From the NCBI GenBank assembly GCA_001643675.2, contig LSRY02000011.1, positions 620,001-684,000 on the forward strand: 64,000 nt of DNA. The letters run 5' to 3'. Under the pieces are notes generated by a model. The model had not been told where the DNA came from. It saw nothing but the letters and a program-made list of their open reading frames with translations, and searched no databases. How positions within the stretch are numbered: position 1 is the first letter of the stretch; the number at the start of each line of letters is the position of its first letter. Source of the stretch: Monocercomonoides exilis PA203 (lineage: Eukaryota > Protista > Preaxostyla). Positions 39,401 through 47,600 of the stretch are shown here, one piece after another. A program made the translations under genes and the position numbers.

Positions 39401-41321
39401 TTTCCAAGTTTATCATTCCATTTTCATTGATTGAAAGAAAACGCACACTCGAGGAAGTCGTGGAGTCATGTATCAGCAAGAATGCAGAAATGAATAGATT
39501 TCCGTTTTCCACAGTTATCAACGATGCTCCAGCATCCTCGTTGCAAGATCTGATCACTGAATTGTCAAGGCGATGACCAACAAACTCCATTTCAAATGAA
39601 ATCACAAGAGATCCTGTCATTTCATAACTCCCATCGAATACCGTTATTTTCTGTGTTGATCGCTGGATCAATGCATATTCGATGGTTTTGAACGGTCTCG
39701 ATCTGTATCCACAGCCAGATTCATCTTCTCCTCTTCTTTGTTCAACAAACAATTCTTGAAGATTATCAGTCGTCTGAAGTGGATCTGGAACCCAGTTATC
39801 CTTAATCTCTGAACCATCCAACACCCGAGGTTTGGCACTTGTTGAATAGCATTCATTAACATCAGAGTCTGCTAACTTCCCTACCCATGCGTGATTTAGC
39901 GTAATATCATTTCCATTGTTATTTGGATTTTTATTGTCGACAAAATAGCAGTATTTGATATATCCTCCATGATATTTTCCAAAATCCATATTGTACAACA
40001 TCGTACCATATGAGCTTGAAACGCATTTCTTAAAACAGCAATCAGTAACAAACCCTTTTCCATTTGCAGAAAAGAAGCACAGACCTGCGTTATTTGATGC
40101 AATGCATTCTGAGACAATCGAAGAATCAACAATTGATCCATTTGTGAATTCAATCAAAATTGCTGAATAATGAACAGAATGGCATTTGGAAAAATAACAG
40201 TTTTTAATCAAGCAGAATGAATCATTAAACGAAGTAACTCCACCACAGCAATATGATGAATTTGAACTTGTGAAATTAGAATTAAGCACTTCAAGACAAA
40301 TGCTTGAATATGAATGAATAGAACCTCCATTAACATTCACATCAGTCGATCCGCAACAACATTCATGAAAATGGCAGCGCAGCACAAGAGAGCTCGCATT
40401 TGTTTCTTCAAATGACAAAGCTCCTCCTGGCGCATATGGAGACGCGCATTTGAAGAAGCAGTCAACAAATGAAATATTACCGCTTTTGAAAATTTGCCTT
40501 TCTGTGAATGAATCATTTGAAAATGATGAACTGCTTTGACACGAAGAAAAGGAACAGTTTGTTGCTGTAAATGATAAACTTGAAGGAGAAACTATCGTTC
40601 CGTAATATGGTTGAAAACAGCTTTCAAAGAATGAAGAAGATATTTCAAGCCATTTAGATGAGCTTCTGGAACAATTGAAACTCTGAGAATGCTTTGTGTG
40701 TGAAATGTTGAAAAACATGCAATTATCAATTTCTATTTTGGATGCTTCCCCAGAATAGAGTGCTGTTCCATCAGAAGTTGATATTTCCAAGCTTTTCAGT
40801 GATGCGTTCTTCAGTGAAACATATTCACATTCGTACACATGAATGAGAGGCTGATTCCTCGTTTTTCTTGCACAGAATCGAAAATCGATGGTCACACTTG
40901 TCAGCAGAACAATTCCCGAAGATTCAATAAATGGCTGGATTGACAAAGAAGTTATTGATAATTGACAACCAGTAATATTTACCATAGACGAAGAATCACA
41001 ATATAATGTGCATTTCTCAATGTTTTCTAACAGTGCAATTTCATGCAACTCAACAGACGAGTTGTGAAGATTTAACAATGAATTACCATTTGAAGAAAAC
41101 ATGTAAGATGCTTTTTCATTGCTTTGGAAATTGGTAAAATCTAATTGTGTTAAAAGATGGATATTTTTGTAAATGTTTTTTTGTTTTGTGGTATCTGAGT
41201 TTGCAAGGTTCAAGTTGAGATGCGTATTCAAAGACAAAAAGCGATAACTAAATGTGTTTTCTTTTTTCGATATCGAATTTTGGCAGTCAAGAAATGTTAA
41301 AAGAAAAAGGAAAATTGTCAT
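33477..41321 (-). CDS. Receptor-like type I membrane protein: Cys-rich right-handed beta-helix (Pmp/pectin-lyase-like) ectodomain, one TM, degenerate kinase C-lobe
   Basis: Likely start MTIFLFLLTFL (ATG 41321). Repeated GG(A/G)(I/L/V)..F..N/C motifs and four G.D...CG....P(C/F).T motifs. TM WMLIVIVIFAVLFLIVLVVAIAFII. C-terminus RWKAPELL..AFSIGMMLWESLTLQIPF..RP..C...RPTL with no HRD or DFG. Single exon. Confidence 0.8.
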   Translation of the reverse strand: MTIFLFLLTFLDCQNSISKKENTFSYRFLSLNTHLNLNLANSDTTKQKNIYKNIHLLTQLDFTNFQSNEKASYMFSSNGNSLLNLHNSSVELHEIALLENIEKCTLYCDSSSMVNITGCQLSITSLSIQPFIESSGIVLLTSVTIDFRFCARKTRNQPLIHVYECEYVSLKNASLKSLEISTSDGTALYSGEASKIEIDNCMFFNISHTKHSQSFNCSRSSSKWLEISSSFFESCFQPYYGTIVSPSSLSFTATNCSFSSCQSSSSFSNDSFTERQIFKSGNISFVDCFFKCASPYAPGGALSFEETNASSLVLRCHFHECCCGSTDVNVNGGSIHSYSSICLEVLNSNFTSSNSSYCCGGVTSFNDSFCLIKNCYFSKCHSVHYSAILIEFTNGSIVDSSIVSECIASNNAGLCFFSANGKGFVTDCCFKKCVSSSYGTMLYNMDFGKYHGGYIKYCYFVDNKNPNNNGNDITLNHAWVGKLADSDVNECYSTSAKPRVLDGSEIKDNWVPDPLQTTDNLQELFVEQRRGEDESGCGYRSRPFKTIEYALIQRSTQKITVFDGSYEMTGSLVISFEMEFVGHRLDNSVIRSCNEDAGASLITVENGNLFISAFLLIHDSTTSSSVRFLSINENGMINLENCELRSEENEQTQQFTQPVIDLHGGMMNVVCCSFTHLSMNGKPVVSMISTKCTNFTQSSFTGIERRSGNGSLIEAILGTGEKLSFTECNVTHCTCQDGNGGALMVKMNDESKLEIGQDLVNGIETTFQQCSAGKGLSERGVGGGVMIDCTGGGKMFQFSQTTFSGNQAEYGKSVFVVGSDFAELCVETKFAIQTNDSVLDELMGFDENEIGAAIPLVLLWKPFPSVVSVSGSTGTDHIMCGFAVSPCSTLQYAISTHFDSSTRKICIVPPFQFEEAAVLEGFDFEFSASTRGTTIKIVGDSSSPVNGYLETRINTTFTNITFSLPSSLPLCKPLLCCTENMLTILMCGAVPSSTDDVLSYCFCCALGGMLNVSQFEIVGVSFGENPFISISGDGTKGLLDFLNMSQISSGSNEGLISVSKKGSLTIKNVNFSSFEDNDCSVVFCKNGKSINMIDSNFSSVTRTTNSGTCLCITRENGAIITVAVNNCSFNECKVESEPNGGGGGVYGKIGNDCTLKLTGCSFVLCSAPWSQHGEANNGKGGGIFLDVEGNDSAFTITDPSFRDNKAEFGKNVFLTCQDLNSTVTNKSFAFEYEQMASDGSLFVGDDQTFLHTDLFRFLVKYESTMIFVSNNGHDVMRCGSMDDPCKTFWKGLEQISSNASEPKIGIVAACTVTDMCLFSDIAVESSSAEDDEPAKSVMTFENDVPTKNIMLEVKNDVSFNFIQFSTTANFSCLNQALITCRDGFLAIASCSLNSLAPRTSPLRAMFVNILHGCLLIRDFDVNSINIGRSMIEVSNKVDVSINNTRLQSINVTDGSLINMIPSVAEWGNENDKQICINNSVFYSVDGRSDGGRTLSCIDSTGSEVDLIKCTFSGCQAMENRKGGCVFFELCEDGLFNLKECIVQMCGCSTINGRGGGIYLRTELQAKLQILIEPLKFESNAASVGRDMFIECNNLNTQVNETMFKMNFDSSVFVHLNAIFGIDKAEHSLTPMDLLEIILIYQADTILVSSQPENGGRDTQQCGTLLLPCQTIGYSLIHLTHKLESRLIVDKQSVIDCEITLSEMAMLSRNKNNSAIHISPSISKNKSCTIECSGTVALKQLSFCFPSTMVTDHSTFLFLDHGILSVESCCFTANDGSSIAHISFVLLELEYSEIDMQNLLIEHISSSCAWLVQIHSSGGDVYLEKLRVCSVQTDMGIINVEGISNGESSTSNSSLTLLHMQIENVTIPPEESTLLNINNYRCRVYCANDSFFHKGTSQKKGSAIVISSCIDVSVDTAVIEGSENDISINEAIDEGKAICRWNGSMIELKNSSTTMRGMLIANCSNGAMSMCGGEMTIEMGMFADNNPQHIKFPSARRNIICSDGASLEITSLKGGDGWRDNSSLWILDDGCEMAGIADMRPSTLFIPSLRNVKSEEKDTLITLAFEGSLLLPCNLSFVVSTRVGDEEMLETHIFEESKFESENMVFGVISADLIRNARDDMEVSVKIQYGKIDAPKSTQSFVLKNRSEIQPKGDEKLVEGGNKEKSYWMLIVIVIFAVLFLIVLVVAIAFIIRWKKAKNENKDLREIVNDNIRKDPKAFEMVTMEMSPEEQWRRAEREAEKKNEERIKKRMNGKEMQHSESEEYLLSENGSTEYILGRDSDKIPQWMLEKIDEKKIEDETRKRTPSPSISSTSTTDTSDSDSTFVRGEDLCPTTSSMSNLVDAMACSSPHEKLIVDLRDSLFMLLHGSNKTKEMTIGTLQEREQTAAQIMFWVANLALHSFDEMENPLSSLANLSPHIVLFSEHMVICIVMHSDLSSDSDSSSISSSTIITSSSDDSTINKNGRGSPPPSSAFEDEDDFKKECLRWKAPELLNGAKTHATKKTVAFSIGMMLWESLTLQIPFGEYEAVIAGDKIVRGERPDTSKTIETSYCEVIKECLSVDRKERPTLVGLKREFIGHFPAGTVMLTVSDAIDYEAVSFVEDQRLSTGQMMSSEQ

Positions 41322-41704
41322 TTGATGAAAATAAAATGATTGAAAGCGTCTTAGAAAGAAAGAAAAAGAAAAGATTAGAATATTTGTTATTAAAACTGTA
41401 ATCATGGGATGGATCAATGCATGGATATTATTCAAAATCAAACAAAGAGATTGAAATAATAAAGAATTATTATCAAAAAATGTTAGATGATATTTCCTTG
41501 ATCGATATCCATTTCTTGACAAAATTACGAGCATTCTTCCTTCACAACAAAAAAGTTTTTGTTGATGATTTACAGAAATTTCAATAATCAAAGTTTCAAT
41601 CGCGTTATATTTTAATTGAATTATTATTAAAGTTGACGTGTTATCAAATAATAAACGCAATTGTTATTTTTATTTTATTTTATTTTTTATTTTTTATTTA
41701 TTCA

Positions 41705-41750
41705 TTTTTTTTTTTTTTTTTTTTTGTTGTTGTTGTTGTTGTTGTTGTTT
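41705..41750 (+). repeat. Poly-T tract followed by a (GTT)n microsatellite
   Basis: About 20 T followed by about 8 GTT units. Confidence 0.9.
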
Positions 41751-42146
41751 TAATGAAATGAGTAAAATTTCTAAAAAAATAACACACTCTCAGGTTATTG
41801 TGAATAATAATATAAACAAAAATACTTTTTAAAAATGATGAGACAGAATTTCAGAAATGGGTCAAAATATTAGTATTCAGGTGTTTTCACAGTTAAATTA
41901 TGCCTACGATGAACTGTTAGTGATCAAAAAAATAGAAAAAAATGGGCTCCTTATTTGAAATACATGTAATGTGACAAAACATTTGTGTATTGCATCAAAA
42001 ATGTTTGGACACTTGAATGATTATCTAATTTATTTTGGGATCTGATAAAGTTTAATTATGATATAAGTGAAACAAAAATTTTATGCTTTGTGCACAAAAA
42101 GCTTCAAAGTCTGTATTTTCCCCCAAATAATAATAAATAAATTAAT

Positions 42147-42385
42147 GGGTGATTCTTTTTGGAAAATCGCAAATGTTAAATTCTTCAAACAACAAAAAAA
42201 TTTCACTTCTTGATTATGCATATTTTCACACACCAAACTTCACCAATATGAAATCTATTGCTTGACACTGCATTTTCATTCATTCATGTGTTGTTTCGCA
42301 AGTGGGAACAGAAAATTGATGAAGATGAGAAATTTTTTGGTCATTTGAAGAATTTCACATTTGCAATTTTTCAAAAAGAATCCCC
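42147..42385. repeat. Degenerate inverted-repeat element with ~65-bp arms, likely an old MITE
   Basis: Left arm GGTGATTCTTTTTGGAAAATCGCAAATGTTAAATTCTTCAAA.. versus reverse complement of the right arm GGGGATTCTTTTTGAAAAATTGCAAATGTGAAATTCTTCAAA.. Confidence 0.65.
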
Positions 42386-42451
42386 TAAATGAAATCAAAT
42401 AAAATTAAAAAAAATAAAAATAAAATGGGTTATTATTTTTGAAATCATATA

Positions 42452-43262
42452 CAGTCTAAACCGGATATAATCACATTGGATTTTGCACGACTTTTTGTGA
42501 CTATATCCGATTGTGATTATAAGCGATGTGACTTAACACAGAAAAAAATGAAAATTAATTTATGAAATAATTAATTTTGGGTCGATTTTTTATTTTTTGG
42601 ATATTCTATTCAAATACGCTTTTTTCTCTTGTGTAATTAATTTTTTCATAAGAACATATAATTTCAACTTATTTGAGCGTATTTTTGAAAAATCAAAAAT
42701 AAAGATTTTTGATTTAAAAATCAGTTTTTAATTGAAAAAATCACCCATTATATAGGGTGGTCCATATTTCTTTGCAAAAATAATAAAAAATGGGAAATTT
42801 GTAATAAAAATATCAAAAAATATTCGATATAACTGAATTTTGTTCGTTTATCGGTTTGAATGATGATCAAATTTATGATAAGCTTCAATTTGTCGCAGTT
42901 TGGAGCTTCCAGATCTTCGAACAATTCGTTCCTGGAATAAAAAAATATTTCTAAAAATTTCAACAGATATGATTTTTCAATGGTTTGATAGTTGTAAAAG
43001 GTGATTGCAATTTGTAACGACTCATAAAGGTAATAATTTTAATGAAAAATGTTTTTAAATATAAATTTTGATACCATATTTAATAATTTGAACAAAATAT
43101 TTTGGACCACCCTATAATAATAAATGTGATTGCATATTTTCAGCCCTGTGATAATATACGATGGAAAGTGAATGAAAAAAACAAAAAAATGTCGGTGCTT
43201 CAAAAAATGTGACAATAAACGATATCGACTAAATTCGATGTGATTATTTCCGGTTTAGACTG
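42452..43262. mobile_element. Non-autonomous Tc1/mariner-type MITE (811 bp) with TA flanks
   Basis: TA|CAGTCTAAACCGGATATAATCACAT ... ATGTGATTATTTCCGGTTTAGACTG|TA: 25-bp TIRs with one mismatch and TA on both sides. Confidence 0.8.
42753..43114. mobile_element. Second MITE (~360 bp) nested in the first, with TA flanks
   Basis: TA|TAGGGTGGTCCA ... TGGACCACCCTA|TA: 12-bp perfect TIRs resembling mariner-family (C/T)AGGGTG ends. Confidence 0.7.
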
Positions 43263-43843
43263 TATCACCAAACAATTTGCAAAAATATCAATTATTTCTA
43301 TTTACAGATGTGAAAACTCAAATTATTTTGTAATCTGATAGAATTTCAAAAAGTGATGAGTGAAATAAAGATTTATTGATTTGTGCATTAAAAGTTCGAA
43401 AGTCAATATTTTCCCACAAAAACATCAAAATTATTTATTTCGTATTTTCTTGTTTTTTTAAAAAAACATGGTGAAATGTGAAAAAATTATACAAAACTTA
43501 TTGTTAATAACAAAAAAATTACTAAAAACACAAAGAAGTTGTGTTTTCAAAAAGCAATACTCAGAGCACTCAAAACAAAAGCTCGTGAAAATATGGGCAA
43601 GTCTTCGAACCTGCAAATAAAACAAAAAATATAAGATCTTTTCACAACTTTAAAAATACAAAAAATTGTTTAAGTGTATAGAAAAATTATAGTATTCTAT
43701 AAGTTTCCTGATATTTATTATTTTTCAAAAGTGGAATTGGGAATTATAAAAATTAGGTCTCCATAAAAAATAAGGAAATGTTAAATTTCGAAACCTACCA
43801 AAAATTCTTTAAGTGTGTTGTTTGTGATTTTTGAAAATGAATT

Positions 43844-44250
43844 ATAGTTAGTGTTAATAATGGTGGACACTTTCAATTACTGTGGATAGTGGCATTATCT
43901 CAACAACTGTTGATAGTTTCATTTTGACTATAATCCCAATTATTCCCTCATTGAACACAAACTTATAACACGTATGTCAATGAATCAACGAGCTTCCAGA
44001 AATATTGAAAATGACATTTTCTTTTTTCGGAAAAACTTGGAGAATCTAATTACTCCGGGTTTCTCCGAAAAGAAGAAATGATTTTAAATGATCTCATTGT
44101 ATTTGATGTGTGATTGAAACAATTCGTATTAGTTCATATTCAATGTAGGAATAGTTAGGTTTATTGTCGAAGTGCAACTATCAATGGTTGTTGAGATAAT
44201 GCCACTATCCACAGTTATTGAAAGTGTCCACCATTATTAACACCAACTAT
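43844..44250. repeat. ~400-nt foldback (imperfect hairpin over most of its length)
   Basis: The outer ~63 bp pair with 2 mismatches (ATAGTTAGTGTTAATAATGGTGGACACTTTC.. / ..GAAAGTGTCCACCATTATTAACACCAACTAT). Pairing decays inward and resumes near the apex (TTTTCGGAAAAACTTGGAG / CTCCGGGTTTCTCCGAAAA). Confidence 0.9.
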
Positions 44251-44609
44251 TCATCAAAGAAGTGAGTTTTTTTTTTTTTTTTTTAGATAAAAACTCTAAC
44301 GTTTCAACAAAAGATATCACGAAAACATTTATCATATTAACATGAATGTGTTTGAGATAAAAGAGAAAAGTTTATTTTTCAATTTTCAATAACTGATTTT
44401 TTCTTGTTTCTATTCTTGTGAATAATAATGTCAAAATCATTGGTGCTAATAATAAACACTTTGGAAAGATGAGCTCATTTTTCACATGTTCAGAATTTTT
44501 TTAAAAATAAATCCAAAAAATAATAATATATCTGAAAATTTTTTGATCAAATTATTGCTTTTTGTTTTATACGAAGCTCTCCGACAAGACAAATTCAGGT
44601 GCAACACCT

Positions 44610-47600
44610 ATGTCTGAAACAACTTTGGTTACTGCAAAAGAAACATTGAAAGGAAAAGTTCTTCATGTTCGAACAGAATCAGAAGATGAAAAAGGAGTGG
44701 ATATGGAATATGTACTTCCTTATCTGAGCTCAATTGGAAAAGTTTCTTATTGCGTTATTATGCCGCGAATGAGACAGGCTTTAATTGAGATGGAAACAGC
44801 TGAGCAAGCTCAGAAAGTTGTGGACGAAACAAAAGGCCAATGCTTAAACATACAAGGGAAACTATTTTTTTTCCAACGTTCAAAGAATCCAGCTATAAAT
44901 AGAGAACCACCGTACAGAAAAAGTTTGCAGCAATATTGATGTATTTGCTTGAAATAAATCATGATATTAAAAATTTGTAACTTTTTATTCTTGAAATTTC
45001 CAAAATGATTTTCAGCAATAATACCACATTCAGGTGAAAAAATACTTCTTTGCACAGTTCATAATCCTCTGTTTCCAATAACTGTTAAAGTTATTGAAGC
45101 AATAATGTCTCCTTTTCATATAATTCGCACCGTGTTGTTTTATACAAATGGAATTCAATTCCTTGCTGAATTTTCTTGTCCAGAAGATGCCTTCACAGCA
45201 AGAGAGGCCCTTGATGGAAGAGAGATTTATCGCGGATGCTGCCTCTTGAAGATCGTTTATTCCAAAGAAACAGGCTCTTTAAAAGTTAAGTTTAACACAG
45301 CATCAACTTATGATTGGTCAAAGCCGTACCTTCCAACAGGTCCATGAGATGAACTTGAAGTGTAACCGAAAATATTTAAGTTTTTCACAATTGATCAATA
45401 CCAAAAGTAAATCATGATATGCTCCAGTCATGTGCCCAAGAGTTTGCCGCAACGTTTCCCAGCAATTGTTTGTGCCATGTTCACCTTTTTTGTATATTAA
45501 ATGGATGCATTATCAATTAATATTCAATATTTTTATACTTTTCACTTTTTGATGAAATTACAAAAAGATCGATTAAATCGAGTTCTTCATCACGATCATG
45601 AAGAAAGCATATTTGTTGTTTGTAATGATATAACAAAAAAGTTTTACTACATGAAAAAGAAATTGAAGAAAACTTTTGGAATACCAACGTTACAGCAAAA
45701 ACTGTGGAAATTTGAAATTGATTTGTTTTCAAGAGTTAAATCACTTTTCGTTGTAGAAATCGTCGATTTTTTTGATGACAATCTTTTTTATTATATTGTT
45801 TTCACATTTTGTGAAAGAGGAACCATCAAGCAATATATCGAAAGATCCATCACAGAAAGAAAACGCATTAGAGAAAATGTTTGTTATTTTTTGAATGGTA
45901 ACATTTTGTGTGATGGATATTAATTTTTCGATCACAAAATTAAAGGTAATATGGCAAGTTGGTTCAGAGATTGTTGCTGGGCTTGAATCATTACATTCAC
46001 TAGGAATCATTCACCGAAATATTAAACCAGAAAATATTTATATAACTAAAGAAAAACTATGTAAGATAGGTTTGCAGCTCATAATTTTTGATTTATTCGA
46101 CAAACTTCAAAAAATTTGATGGTGAACAATGATTGATCCTTTTTTTTCAATCTCCTTCATTTCAGGTACTCTAGGAAGCGAATCGCTTTTGCTAGAATTA
46201 ACATCAAATCCATGTGCGACTGTTTCGTCTTTAAAATATTTAGCTCCTGAAGTTCTTAACCGAAAGATGTTTGCCAACAATTCTTATCAATATATTAATA
46301 TTTTTTAACATTTTCATGATAAATGCCACTTTTAATCTGATCGCCAACAGAATAACAGGAGCTTCAGATATGTTTTCGCTCGGATGCATCTTGTTTGAAA
46401 TGATGACATTTCAGCTTCCATTCGAGACAGGCGATCTCATCGAGCCAGGCTCCCCTCTCTCTGAGAAGTTCGGACGATCTTCTGCCCATTTTGCCCAGCC
46501 AAGAATAAGAACTGCATCAATCCCCGAGGGATATTCAGACGAGCTAAAGAAAGTGATATATCGCTTGCTGTCGTTGGTGTGTTGAGACGTATATCTTTTT
46601 CTTTTCCTTTTGAGGTTATTTGATGATTCATGTATTTTCTCAAATTCACACAAAAATCAAAATTAATTCAATCTATATCATTAACACGAAATTACTATAT
46701 TTCTTTATTTTCTCTTCTCTCTCATAAACATGTTCTCACTCATCAACTCCATCAACAAAACCCAAACACTGCTGCAGGACCCAAACAGCCGCCCAACGCC
46801 GAATGAGCTGCTGCAGCACCCGCGAATGAAGGCTGAGCTGTCCCACACGCTTGCGCGCATCAAAGAAGCCAAGCTTCCATCTCACAGCGACTCCTCTGCC
46901 ACAGCCTCGCTCCCAATCACACCGTCTTTCACCCCGTTCACGTTTTCCTCGTCTGTTGCATCGCTTTCGAGCAACGAACGAGGAGACGAGGAAGTCAGAA
47001 GCACAAGCATTTCACAGTCTCCTGCTTCGTTTAGCTCGTCTTTCGTACGCTCTTCTGAGCCTTTTCCTCTTCTTCCTGCAAAGTCCAACGCATTCGCAAA
47101 GGATAAGACAGCAGAGTTTGCTGCGATGCAATCTGCATCTTTGCCAAATCAAAGACAAACTCCAACTTTAACCCCAACCTCTTCTTCTGGCAGTCAGACA
47201 AGCCCACTTTCACCTGGTTTACACATATCAACATTTGCTTCCTCTCCAAGTAGCTCTGCTTTTGATTCTAATTCTTCCACCTTTCAGCCTTTGAATTCTC
47301 TCAATTCTTCTGATTCAGCATCTTCGAACCAAGTCCCTTCGAGCAGCAATGCTTCTTCTCGTCTTCAGCACCCATCTTCAACTGGCACTTTAAATGCTGC
47401 TGCTGATTCCTCATTGTCTCCTCATTCAAATGAACTTACCAAACAAACTCTGGTTGCAAAAGAAGCAACTCCCTTTTCGTCTCTGCAGACTCAAACAACC
47501 AGAACAACAACGCCATTGAATTCACTGTCAACACCACCAAGAGACTCATCATCATCATCATCATCATCATCTTCTTCTTCTTCTTCTCCGTCTTCGTCTT

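Noticed and set aside
41322-41660. 113-codon N-terminal extension of the receptor-like ORF in the ORF track
   Set aside because: Starts at a non-ATG codon in AT-rich, intergenic-like sequence; ATG 41321 gives a more plausible signal-peptide-like start.
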